Under the pieces are notes generated by a model, which saw only the letters and a program-made list of their open reading frames with translations, did not search any database and had not been told where the DNA came from. Shown here piece by piece: positions 1 to 15,626 of a DNA stretch of 64,000 bases (its first letter is position 1; each line of letters starts with the position of its first letter). The position numbers were made by a program, and so were the translations under genes. Source of the stretch: Eledone cirrhosa (Eukaryota); NCBI GenBank assembly GCA_964016885.1, contig OZ024743.1:51088001-51152000 (forward strand). Direction: 5' to 3'.

Positions 1-870
1 GCTTATAGATTTTTTTAAGATTTCAACTTTTCCATTCAAGTGGATGCAAACCTCTCTATGGTGAATTTCCTTGATGTGACCCTCAATCAGTTGAATGGCC
101 TGTACTAGCCATATAGAAAGCCCAATGGAACCTTAAACTACATTTACAAATCCTCCAACCAGCATAACTAAAAACCTAGTCAAGAATGTCTCATTGAGGC
201 TTTCCTCTTTATTAACTAATGAGCCAATTTTCACCAACCATTCCACACTCTATAAGGAAATTCTGGCTTGGTGTGGATTTCTAAATAAGGTAGAATACAC
301 TAAGTAGAAGCACCAAATTATGAGAAATAGATCTTGATGTATCGTAACCCACCATATAATAAATAGCCACACCAATAGCTAAATGTCATAAGATATTCAA
401 TAAAAACACTGTTAAAATATTCTATTCCATAACTCACAACCTCGCACATAACATTACTGCATCTAACTTAGCCAAATTATATAACCATAGAAATATAGAC
501 GATCCCAAATTCAGTTCTAGCTGTAATTGCAATAATAAGGACAACTGCCCTTTCAAGTAATATAGTTTATAGGGTCGATATTCCCTAAAAGGCTTACATG
601 GGATTAATGGTCTGCACATTCAAGCAACTTTTATACATGTGATCTCATTCATTTAGAAATCCTTTAAGAAGGAACATGAGTTCAGTTTCGGCCTATATCT
701 GGAGTTTAAAAGAGAAAAGCATCTTATAAAGATTACATTGAGAGATTCGAACTAAAGCTAGATCTTACAATGATCTTTGTGCTGCTGAAGCCCTGGAAAT
801 CCTTTACACCAATGGATGTCTTGAGATAATTTTGGCTTGTAAACATAAACTGCATAAAATGTTTCTATAT
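1..870 (+). mobile_element. Degenerate Penelope-like element (PLE) fragment: RT C-terminal part, Cys linker and GIY-YIG endonuclease remnant
   Basis: Hand translation of frame 1 gives VNFLDVTLN...Y*PYRKPNGTLNYIYKSSN. Downstream remnants read NPPYN, CNCNNKDNCPF, NIVY and YIWSLKEK...DLCAAEALEIL. This motif order is typical of PLE ORFs. Many stops and frameshifts. Confidence 0.8.
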
Positions 871-1054
871 TACAGCGCAACATTGTATCCAAATGGATAA
901 GACAGGTCTAGACCTCTTTTATACTATATATTTTGACATAAGTATATATGCAGATAATCACACTTGTAAGTACATACCTATATAGAGACATGTATGGCAG
1001 TGAACAGCATACCTTTAGTCCTTCTTTCTAGAATATTTACCTTATTGTTATCTT

Positions 1055-1320
1055 TATTATTATCACGCAGTGCAGATTGATAATACCCTGGGGTATCTAG
1101 TGATTTATCAAGTCACAACAAGGACCTCAGACATAATACTTTCCTCAAAATGTGTGCAATGCCTAGCAAAGCCACCTTTTGTATGACACTCACCCTCTAT
1201 GGTATTCCTAGTCACTTTAAGAAGTCTTGAAGTTTCAATGGAATTGCCCCTATCACACTTTCACATTACCCTCTTGTATTCCAAATAGTCTAGCCTGTTC
1301 CACTTTCAATTCAGAGTACA
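1055..1320 (-). mobile_element. 3' fragment of an RLE-endonuclease non-LTR retrotransposon (R4/Dong-like)
   Basis: Reverse strand reads YSELKVEQARLFGI...VIGAIPLKLQDFLK*LGIP...VIQKVALLGIAHILRKVL, the usual C-terminus of this group, followed by a (TAA)n-like tail. Confidence 0.65.
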
Positions 1321-1324
1321 TGTA

Positions 1325-1557
1325 GGGTGGTGGATTGGCAGTATCGGTAGAGTGTTGGACACCCTGCTCCGCAGCATAGAGTTACGTCCCTTTGCGGTTT
1401 GAGTTCAAATTCCACCAAGGTTAGCTTTGCCTTTCGTCCTTACAGGATTGATAAAATAAAGTACCAGCAATGCACTGGATTCAATTTAATCGACTTTCCC
1501 CCTCCCCTTCAAATTACTGGCCTTGTACTTATACTAGAAACCATTATTATTATTATT
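1325..1557 (+). mobile_element. tRNA-derived SINE
   Basis: A-box-like TGGCAGTATCGG, B-box GAGTTCAAATTCC, core GCCTTTCGTCCTT...GATAAAATAAAGTACCAG and (ATT)n tail. Homologous to copies at 12960 and 18975. Confidence 0.8.
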
Positions 1558-1760
1558 AACTCCATCAGTATCTATAGGTTTAAAAACATTATTCTGATTT
1601 ATAAATTTTCGATAGTATGAAAATATTTGGTTATTTTTAAAAGCAAATAAGCCTCCTGATTTTATCATAGCACGAATTAGTTCTCTTTTATTATCTCTAC
1701 ATACAAATAGTCATAACTCAAATGAACATTTTCACATGTTATCGTTATGTTTTTCTATTT

Positions 1761-1986
1761 TTAATCCTTTAGCATTTAAACTGGCCATATCCAGCCAGAA
1801 TTCTCTCACCCCTTTCTGTTTAAACCGGCTGTAACCGGCCACTCATACTGATTTTAAGGTATTGTTCTCAAAATAATATCAAACTCTCATAGAATCGATA
1901 TTATGTGAGATATTATGTAAGGTAAAGCCTTTACCCTGAAAATATAATGGTATATAGAGAGTAATGTAAATGCTATAAAGGGTTAA
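1761..1986. mobile_element. piggyBac-type MITE, copy 1
   Basis: TTAA at both ends. Terminal inverted repeat (T)CCTTTAGCATTT ... AAATGCTATAAAGGG. Aligns along its length with 19501-19729. Confidence 0.8.
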
Positions 1987-2423
1987 AAGCAAAATTTACT
2001 TGTAAATTTTTTTTTTTTTTTTCAAAAATATTTATAACTGCATCTACGAATTGATATCTCAGTTTCAGCAGATCCTGTATATAAGAGCAAAAGTAGAAAT
2101 TGTTTGGTTAAACCTTTGATTGTGTTAATTAAATATATATATATATGTGTGTGTGTGCATGTGTGTGTGTCTATATTTGTATGTATATGTGTACTTGTGT
2201 GCGTGTGTATATATAACACATGCCAGTGTGGAAACATAGGCATTAAACAGTAATAATGATAATGTATCTATACACACGCACATACGGGGAGGGGGGGGGG
2301 TTGACCCCAGCGCCAGAGCTCAAGCCGTTTCGACGGCCATTTCTGGTTCATCTAGATCCTTACCACACCTCCTTCGTTATATATATATATATATATATAT
2401 ACTTCTTTTTTTTTGTCTTTCAG

Positions 2424-2527
2424 GCTCTAAAGAACATTACAATATAAATAGAGCTAAGAAGCCCAAAGCGTTACCATTTCGGCCAAAGTCTTGATAAAAG
2501 CTTGGGAACAGCATTGAACAACAACAG
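2424..2527 (+). other. Probable non-coding (5' UTR) exon of the + strand gene
   Basis: Strong acceptor (tttttgtctttcag|) and donor (cag|gtgagt). Stops in all three frames and no ATG. Confidence 0.5.
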
Positions 2528-2557
2528 GTGAGTGTATACCACTGTGTAAACCTATTG

Positions 2558-2715
2558 AACAACAGGGAATATCTGTGTAGACCTAGGGAACAACAGGGAA
2601 TATCTGTGTAGACCTAGGGAACAACAGGGAATATCTGTGTAGACCTAGGGAACATCAGGGAATATCTGTGTAGACCTAGGGAACAACAGGGAATATCTGT
2701 GTAGACCTAGGGAAC
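2558..2715. repeat. 31-bp minisatellite (~5 copies) next to the exon donor
   Basis: Unit AACAGGGAATATCTGTGTAGACCTAGGGAAC, with consecutive starts at 2561 and 2592. Confidence 0.9.
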
Positions 2716-4388
2716 ATTAGTTGGGTCTGTATGTCTTTGTAAACATAGGGAACAGTGAGTCTATATAACTGTATGGAGTCTGTATTTTCAATTTGATATC
2801 ATTATTAGGAATTAATATTTATAGAATAATGATTAAAACATAACTAAAAGCTTGCAATTCTTGTTTTTATGATTTAGCCCCAGGTCCAGTAGGCCAATGA
2901 TCAAAAGCATTTTAACCATCTCCTCTTTTTTTCCTATTTTTATAATAGTTAGTCTGACACAGTATATAGCAGAGTTAGTTTGACACTATATATCACAAGA
3001 GTTGGTTTAGCACTCGTGTTTCATTTTAACACAGAACCTCTTCCTTTCTGTAACATACACCCTTCTCATATTTTTACTTCATTACATCACATCACCTTTC
3101 ATTTCATCTCTCTTCATTACCACCTGAAACTCAATGATGTCTGTCTGTTTGTTTATCAATGTGAGAAGATCCTTACAATGATGGCTCTTACGTATTTGAA
3201 TAAATTCTCCCAGTTTTGCAAATAGTCATCCAAGACTTTGTTGATATTTCATTAAAGCTTCCTTCCTTCCATCCTTCCCTCCTCCCTTTTCTTTGCAATG
3301 AGAATCTCCCCAGATAGGAACAGTAATTGTAGTCATGGTGACCAGTGTTGGAATAGCAATATTGATTGAGAAATTTCTAGAAAACAACTGACAAAAGAAA
3401 GACTGTTAGATACACAGACAGAGAGGACAGGAGAGACCATATTCTCTGAGGGAGAAAGAAAGAGAGGATTCTCTGAGGCTTAACTTTTCCATTATGTGGG
3501 AACTGTTGTAAACTGTCAACAGTTTGACATTCTATCATTGTTTCTGGAGAAGAATATATTGTAAGTTCCTCGCTCTCTAGTGGACTCTATCTACACACAT
3601 TGAACATACATAACACACACGTATTTGCTATGTTGAGATTGTTACATCTCTCACTAGACATTATACACACTTGTGTATCAATTGTGTTTGTATCTTCACT
3701 GTAGCTATTGTTTATCTCCACTGTCATGTCTGCTCAGTTATACCTATACTTAGCTGCTACCCTTCTCTCTTTTTTCTCATTATTTTTTCCATATTTTATT
3801 ATATTTCCTCAACAAAAGAATTGTTTTAATCAATGTCTTCTATTGTCTCTCCTGTTATTTATTTCAATGACATTGTTATAAATATTGACTTTGATGTCTG
3901 CTGTCATTTTATTTTAATAATGTTGATATTGACTTTGATGTCACTTTGACATCTGTCCTTTTATTTCAATAATGTTCATATTGACTTTAATGTCACTTTC
4001 TGCATGTTCTCATCAAAATAATCGTCAAAGATCACCACATCATTTAACTGATAGTAATAATGATGATGATGATGATGAGGTTCAGCATCCTCAGAGCACT
4101 ACCTCTACTCACATCTTTTTTCTGTGGCTTCCTTCCACTTGGAAAATCTTCACTTTTTCTCTCAACAATTATTACATTTCCATACCAACACAATTTTGTA
4201 ATATAACTTAGCATAAAATTATGTTGGAAGATTTTAGTTTAAATAGGAAGCCCTGAAAATGGTGACTTTATTTCATAGAAACGGAGCTGATTTGGAGTGA
4301 GCTGGTGTCAAAAAGGTTACATTGCAAAAAATGTATTTCTAATTGTCTGTATTTGATAAATATAAATAATTTCTTGTTTGTTTTTCAG

Positions 4389-7300
4389 GTTTGGATAAGA
4401 ATGGCATCTTGATGATGGGCCAAAGTGCCTCCGCAGACCAAGCACACATCTTGGGAAATAACTCTTCAAACAACACAGCAAATCAAACCACTATAGAATC
4501 AGATAATTCGCACACTGAGCTGAAAGCCCAGCTACAATGCGATGGCAAAGGCATGAAGACTTGTTTAGAACTGGTCTTATCGATGAAAAATGGTAAATCT
4601 GCCAATGTGGAACCATCAGCGGACACCGATGAACAAAAACAGTCAAAACAGAAAAGTGAAAATTGGGTCAAAGAAGCTGATTCTAATCATGGCCCAGATA
4701 CTAAACCCACAGAGGAGCAGCAGCAATCAGTGGCTTCTAAAACCTCATCAACAACCAGTACTGAGAAGGAAGCAGCAGATATGAAACTTGGAAAATCTGA
4801 TTCAGCAAATAACCAGAATAAACCCAAGTTTTCAGATGATACCAAAAGACTTGTGTTCAATAAAAATGCTAATCTACATGATGCTATTGGGGCTCTGATA
4901 CGTAACTGTATTACAGACACAAACTTTCCACATGACGATGTCCAAGGTAACCAACTGGAGAACAGACCAAACAAGGAAGTCTCTTCTGCTGGCATCTTGC
5001 CAGATAAAAAGATTTCAATGAATGCTTCCTCTTATAAAAATTATGAATCAAATGTTGACAATTCCTGGAAATCTTCAGGCAGCTATTATTCTGATCACAA
5101 CCAGTCGGTATCTGCTGGAAACAGACATGGACAGGATTTTGAATGCATCGAAACTGTTGGCCCAACTTCCAAGTCTTGGAGGGGCTCTGGTGAGATTGCC
5201 CGTAATGGCAACCAACCATCAAAACAAATGCCAGTTTCTCCAAGATCTGACATGATACATAAAGAAAAAATGTACTCTTCAACGGAAACGTCTGTAAAAA
5301 CTTGTGGCTCTCATGCAGTAAATAGCAGTGGACAAAGTGTTGTCCAGTTACAGGCATTTATTGATAAATGTCTTGAGAATACTTGGCAGCAACAAAAGGT
5401 AGGTGTTAGTGAAAAGTTGAATATTATTGGTAAAGGTCAGTTTTCTTACAACAACGAGCAACAACAACTAGGAGATCAATCGCAACTTCACACCACAAAT
5501 GGCCATCCAGAAGAAATGTGTTATCCAACTGACAGAAACCACCATTCACAGCAACTTTATCACCAAAACACACAGTCTGCTTTAGGTTACTTTACTGATC
5601 GCAACGGACTCGATCCTAGTCTGAGAAAAGACATAAATGATGGCAAATATCTCCATCCGTATCAACTTAACCAGAAGAATGTCATGGAAAGTGTGCGGCA
5701 GCAACAACAACAGCAACAACATTACTATTCTGCTAATGAAATGTCAACAATTGGTCATTCATATCCCAATATGGCAGCCCAAATTCATTCTGGATCAGTT
5801 AAACAAAACCAACACAATACCAGTGATGGGTTTGAAAGTGCTTTTGATGCCAAAGAGTTGATAAATAAAATATCATGTCAAGCAAGAGCTATAAATAAGT
5901 TTTTCAGCAACTCTGGGGAACCAACTGAGTTATCTTACCATCATCCGGCTAAGTTGCCTCCTCATCTGGTTATGAAAGCTGTTGACTCCCATGTTGAATA
6001 TGCAAGTAAAAACCGCGCTGTCCACTCACCAGCTAGTAGTCCATCTCAGGTGATGAACCGGAGCCAAGAGAACCCAGTAGCTAGTCTGCAGAATCACAAA
6101 CAACGGATCATTTCTGAAGAACGTAGTGCTAGTTTTGTTGAACGGTTGAATCATGCTACAGTAGGTAAAGAACAAACTATGTTGTCACCATACCGACAGT
6201 CAAAGGAGGACTCAACTAATTTAACTGATAACCAACAAAGAATTGCTCGCATGCATAGTAGCCATTCCAGTTCTGATCTGCTGCTCAGAGGAGCACAATC
6301 TCATTCAATAGCTGTGTATGGAGCAAAAGATCATGCAGCAGAACGTTTGGCATATTATCAGACATCTCCTGTTATTACAGCATCAACAAATAGCAACAAC
6401 AGTGGTGTTAGTGGCAGTAATTCTTCTAGTGTTAGTAACCAGTCAAAATCAATGGAAAGACTTCTGCCATTATCAACGCAACAAACTCCATATATGCACA
6501 CACCAACAGGGGTTATAAAATGGGATGACCCTGTTGGTCTGAACACACGTTACCATCAAATCTCCCCATCATCTGCACAGAATGTCAAAATGAGAAGTGG
6601 TGGTGTTCATGGTCTTCCTAGTCCACAAGAGGGAGAATATATTAATGGAGTTTCCATTTCCAAAACTCATTCACCTCGCACTCATTCTAATTCATCACAA
6701 CTTGGGGGAATGATGACTTCTTCTTTCCTGCCTTCATCTTCAACCACATTAATTCCCCAGAAAGACAATCCTAACTCCATTTCCTCCAACACTAAATTAC
6801 CATCTCTTTATGTTGATACTTTAAACAATACTGCTGCAGAAAATGTCCTGCGAGTTGCAAATACCTCAGCTGTACGTTCAGCAACTGCAAATACTGCAGG
6901 CACTTCAGTTCCACAGCGAAGACATACTGTTTCTGATATTGCAAACTATTCTTCCGAGCCTACTAAACTAGCATCTACTAGCTTGCGGCCTCTCTCAGCA
7001 CCTGATGTTGCTGTCATCTCATCCAACTCTGTAACGATTCCTGGTATTCCTCATGCTACACGGGCAGAGCCAGAGAATGTTCTTGACCTTTCGGTCAAGT
7101 GCAAAGCTCCAAATTCACTGGAAAGTTCTGCACCAAATGCCAACCTTCCTGCTGTTTCTGCTGTTGTTAATGCAACTTCTAATTCCCAGTCTGTCTCCAA
7201 CCAAGACCATCCCCTTGATTTATCCAAAAAGAAATCTGAAGAACAGCTGTATATGGTGGGAAGTGGGAAAGGAAGAGAGATTGTCTCTCCAGTGGGTAGT

Positions 7301-7653
7301 TTCCATCCTGGGACAGTAGGGAAATCCGTTCCAGCTAATATTTTATTGAAACATTTAGAGTACAGTGTCCAGAAATATTGCAGTAATATTGGTGGGGAGA
7401 GAATTACTGCAACTGGCACACAAGCTACTGTACCCCAACCACAGCATTCCCTGCACCATCCTGTACAACAACAGCCACAACAACCATCACCAAGTCAATC
7501 TCAGCATTATCCACTCCACCCACACCACCACCAACAACAACAACAGCATCAACAACAACAGCATCAACAACAACAGCATCAACAACAACAAAGTCCTCAC
7601 ACACAACATTTACATCTTGGTTATCAAAAGTCAGCCCTGACTTCTCCACAAAT
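4389..7653 (+). CDS. Large coding exon of an unidentified S/Q/N/H-rich disordered protein, probably a transcriptional corepressor or scaffold; 3' end lost in the gap
   Basis: Acceptor tttttcag|GT at 4388/4389. Uninterrupted ORF of >1080 codons with first in-frame ATGs at 4412 and 4415. CtBP-type motifs VLDLS (7079-7093) and PLDLS (7211-7225). PolyQ/H at the end. Confidence 0.85.
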
Positions 7654-7853
7654 NNNNNNNNNNNNNNNNNNNNNNNNNNNNNNNNNNNNNNNNNNNNNNN
7701 NNNNNNNNNNNNNNNNNNNNNNNNNNNNNNNNNNNNNNNNNNNNNNNNNNNNNNNNNNNNNNNNNNNNNNNNNNNNNNNNNNNNNNNNNNNNNNNNNNNN
7801 NNNNNNNNNNNNNNNNNNNNNNNNNNNNNNNNNNNNNNNNNNNNNNNNNNNNN
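7654..7853. other. Assembly gap (200 N)
   Basis: Run of exactly 200 N, consistent with a fixed-size scaffolding gap. Confidence 0.99.
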
Positions 7854-12230
<4,377 letters not shown>

Positions 12231-12465
12231 AATGTAAGTATGTATGTATACGTACATACATATATGTATACAGACGTACAGTAGCATGCATATATATATA
12301 TATATATACATACAGGTACATATACATATATGTACGTATCAGTTTAGCGGACGTTTATTATAACGCCCGCTTTGTCCGTTTGTAAACAAACGAACAGCCT
12401 GAATTTATGCCGTACGGTGTTAAGGCAACCACGTCACCTTTTTGTTCAACACTGACACAGGAACC

Positions 12466-12502
12466 ATGTACTAGTTTCAAGCTTCTTAGCTATCATCAGC
12501 AC
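12466..12502 (-). ncRNA. Minimal type I hammerhead ribozyme motif (PLE-LTR type)
   Basis: Reverse strand: gtg-CTGATGA-t-agct-aaga-agct-t-GAAA-ctag-TA-cat. Intact core boxes, stem II, palindromic stem III and GUA cleavage triplet. Stem I is short. Confidence 0.7.
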
Positions 12503-12853
12503 CGTATACCCTTCTGCCAGATGGTTGAACGTTCGAAAGTATATACTTTCCTTATGAAAATTAACGGCTGAGCAGCCTAATTTGCATATCGAGTTAGTTC
12601 AGTCGGCCAGGCGCACCGAAAAACGATAAGTTGTAATAGAATGAAAAACGAAATTTCATTTCTCACTCTTAGTACGGCACTTACTTAAATGTAAGTATGT
12701 ATGTATACGTACATACATATATGTATACAGACGTACAGTAGCATGCATATATATAATATACATACATATATGTACGTATCAGTATATGTATATGTACAAG
12801 ATGGCGTAGGACAGAACAAAGGAGAGGCACAAAAAGAAAGAAAAGAATCCCCA

Positions 12854-12896
12854 GTCACTGAAGAGGTCACAGAATGTGTGACGAAAGAACTTTGAC
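12854..12896 (+). ncRNA. Minimal type I hammerhead ribozyme motif
   Basis: gtca-CTGAAGA-g-gtcaca-gaatg-tgtgac-GAAA-gaac-TT-tgac. Stem I gtca/tgac and a perfect 6-bp stem II. Confidence 0.7.
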
Positions 12897-12959
12897 AATA
12901 TATAACGCCATCCCACTGACTGGGCGGGAAGGCCAGTGGATGGCGTTATATATATAAAT

Positions 12960-13143
12960 GGCGGTGGATTAGCATTATCGGTAGAGGGTCGGACGCCATG
13001 CTTTCCAGCATAGTTATGTCCCCTTACGATCCGAGTTCAAATCCCGCCGAGGTTGACTTTGCCTTTCATCCTTACGGGGTCGATAAAATAAAGTACCAGT
13101 AATGCACTGGGTAATTTGCGTGCCTTGTGCCTAAAGTAGAAAC
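12960..13143 (+). mobile_element. tRNA-derived SINE (same family as 1325-1557)
   Basis: B-box GAGTTCAAATCCC and shared core GCCTTTCATCCTTACGGGGTCGATAAAATAAAGTACCAG. Confidence 0.8.
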
Positions 13144-13185
13144 ATATATATATCAATATATTAACAGATATATATATATATATAT

Positions 13186-13666
13186 AAATGAAACGATTAC
13201 AAAGGAGAATATATACTGTCAAAACATGTTTATATAAAAGCACCTACGTACGTTACGCTCGAAGAGAGCTCCTCAAAGGCATAGAAAACTACAAAGTGTT
13301 CAGTACAAATAAACATCTGTACACAACTATGCATCTCAGACCCTGCCTGAATTAAAAATAGTAAAGTAGCACCACAAATTAGTATGGAAAACCACCATCA
13401 TGTGAACGGGTAATAAACCCTTTGGGGACAATTATTCAAAATCCGGCCAGAGTTACTCCCCTTACTCTGTGTCAATAACAACGTAGATGTTTGAACTAAG
13501 AATGAACTTTGATGTATGTATCACTTTAAAACCACTTCTGGGTCCTGTACTGAACACTCTGTAGTTTTCTATGCCCTTGAGAAGCCCTTTTCGGCGAAAC
13601 GTACGTAGGTGCTTTTATATAAGTATGTTCTGACAGTATATATTCTCCTTTGTAATCGTTTCATTT
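13186..13666. mobile_element. ~120-bp inverted repeat pair with a degenerate hammerhead in each arm; probable PLE inverted pseudo-LTR remnant
   Basis: Arms at 13186-13307 and 13546-13666. Right arm reads cc-cTTGAGAA-gcc-cttttc-ggc-GAAA-cgtacg-TA-gg. Left arm (reverse) reads TTGAGGA-gctc-tcttc-gagc-GTAA-cgtacg-TA-gg. Confidence 0.65.
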
Positions 13667-14668
13667 GTAACCGCTCTGTTTATTTTCTCGCCCATTAAAT
13701 ATTAACGCTTCCAATATTTAACCCTGTAGGCACAAGTATTGAGCACAAATGCACAACCTTTTGGCAACTAACTATATGTATCGCTTATCCCTTTAAACCT
13801 CTTCTTCTCTCTCACGATACTTAAATATTCTATATATCAATATATAGGAAAATGTATGACCCCGACGGCAGAGCTCAAGCCGTTTCGACGGCTATTTCTG
13901 GACTAAATTAGAATTTTTAGCCTGGTGAATAAATAGCCGAACTTGTCAAGGGGTACTTCCTTATATGGAAAGATTGTAGTTGTCAATTGGTTAAAATTTG
14001 TTGTAAACACAAATGTCTATCATGGCATTTGGTGGGAGGTAGGGGTGGCTGAACTTGCCTGTAGAATAATAGGGGAGTGAGTGGAGCCGGTCAAGCGTTG
14101 AAAGTGATATGTATACAGCAGATTCTAAGGATAGTGTATGAAATGGAGGAGGGAGGTTATAGAATAGGTAATTCGAATGAGAGTAGGAGACAATAAAAGA
14201 TAATAGAAAGAAATAAAAAAATATATAAAATTAGATAGTGAGAAATGAATAAAAAAAAATCACAATGCTATCTTACAATTACAGGTTAATAAGTTGAGAA
14301 TAGAAAAAAATTGTAGAAATGGAGTAGTAACAAAAATGATACAAAATTAAAGGGGTCTAACACATCTGCTATAAGTAGTGAGTAAAACGTATTCGGCCAA
14401 TTCTATCTTAAAATTACAGGGGTGGGGGAACTGATGCTACAGAGGCCTGATGGGCTGCATCGAGGTAGGCGAAAGCAGACGAGGAAGAAAATAGGGGGTG
14501 GAAGGGAGTGATAGGATGAGACAGGGGGAAGAAGACATAGAGGAAAAGAAAAGAAATATCAATATATATATATATGCGTGTCTGTTTAAGTTATATCATA
14601 TATAGATTTTTAGTGTGCAACAGCTGCTGATTTGCACATACCTTATATTTGTCTGAGTACTGCGTAAA

Positions 14669-14716
14669 TGTCACTGAAGACGGATAAAAAAATTCCTGAA
14701 GCACTAGTATCTGACA
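14669..14716 (+). ncRNA. Degenerate minimal hammerhead ribozyme motif
   Basis: tgtca-CTGAAGA-c-gga...tcc-t-GAAG-cactagta-TC-tgaca. Perfect 5-bp stem I, but the GAAA box is mutated to GAAG. Confidence 0.5.
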
Positions 14717-15228
14717 GTCTCACACACACATATACAGTATATATATATATACGTGTGGCTGTTATTAGTTTTACACTTGTGTAAGCAGTGTTGAGCACTC
14801 AACATGGTGTAGCTCCATCGTTCTATTATCATGTAGGTGTGTGTACGATGGAGTGTTGGTAGGGTAATGAATTTAACCACCCATTTATCATGTGATCACT
14901 ATTATACACATTTTGATGGTATTTGTAATGTAATATACCACTGAAATAGTTATAACAGTGATTATGTAATAAACAGAATGTTGTGAAATTCATTACTATA
15001 CGCACACAGATTATATATATATATATAGCCACGTTGCTTCAGATATAACATGGAACGTCACTGGGGCCAAGCTATATCGGCCAGTCTTTCCCTTGGACAA
15101 CATCAGTGACGTGAAGAGATGTCATGCATGGGCGACTGCTGGTCTTCCATAAAAACACCTTGCCCAGGCTTGTACCTCGGAGGAGATCTTTCTTGGCACA
15201 AAACCCATGGTGAGTCGTGACTGATGGT

Positions 15229-15269
<41 letters not shown>

Positions 15270-15271
15270 CA

Positions 15272-15371
15272 TACAGGGTCCCCAAAAAATGTATATACAC
15301 TTTGATTACCTGCACAGGAAATATTTATTTGAATGCACAGCCTTTGTGTATTCATTTTTGGGGACACCCTG

Positions 15372-15373
<2 letters not shown>
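15272..15373. mobile_element. Tc1/mariner-type MITE (~100 bp) inserted in (TA)n
   Basis: TA-CAGGGTCCCCAAAAAATG ... CATTTTTGGGGACACCCTG-TA terminal inverted repeats with TA duplication. Confidence 0.75.
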
Positions 15374-15421
<48 letters not shown>

Positions 15422-15464
15422 ACTAGAAGGTAATATCTGTACTCAGTCCATGGGACGAGTTTGG

Positions 15465-15626
15465 TAGAAGTAGTAACACAACAGTTAGTTCACCATACCG
15501 AGAACAATTGTTTCACTTTATGCGGATCTTCAGCTCGATATAACCATTACCAGTCTGAGCTGAAGATCCGCATAAGGTGAAACAGTTGTTCTCGGTATGG
15601 TGAACTAACTGTTGTTACTACTTCTA
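15465..15626. repeat. ~70-bp near-perfect inverted repeat with a 20-nt spacer; each arm contains a hammerhead
   Basis: Arms at 15465-15536 and 15557-15626. Confidence 0.85.
15555..15595 (+). ncRNA. Minimal type I hammerhead ribozyme motif (inverted twin at 15500-15536, - strand)
   Basis: ctgag-CTGAAGA-t-cc-gcataa-gg-t-GAAA-cagttg-TT-ctcgg. The twin has the perfect stem III palindrome caattg. Confidence 0.7.

Noticed and set aside
14446-14484. Additional hammerhead-like CTGATGG...GAAA
   Set aside because: The core is mutated, with no convincing stem I, stem III or cleavage triplet.
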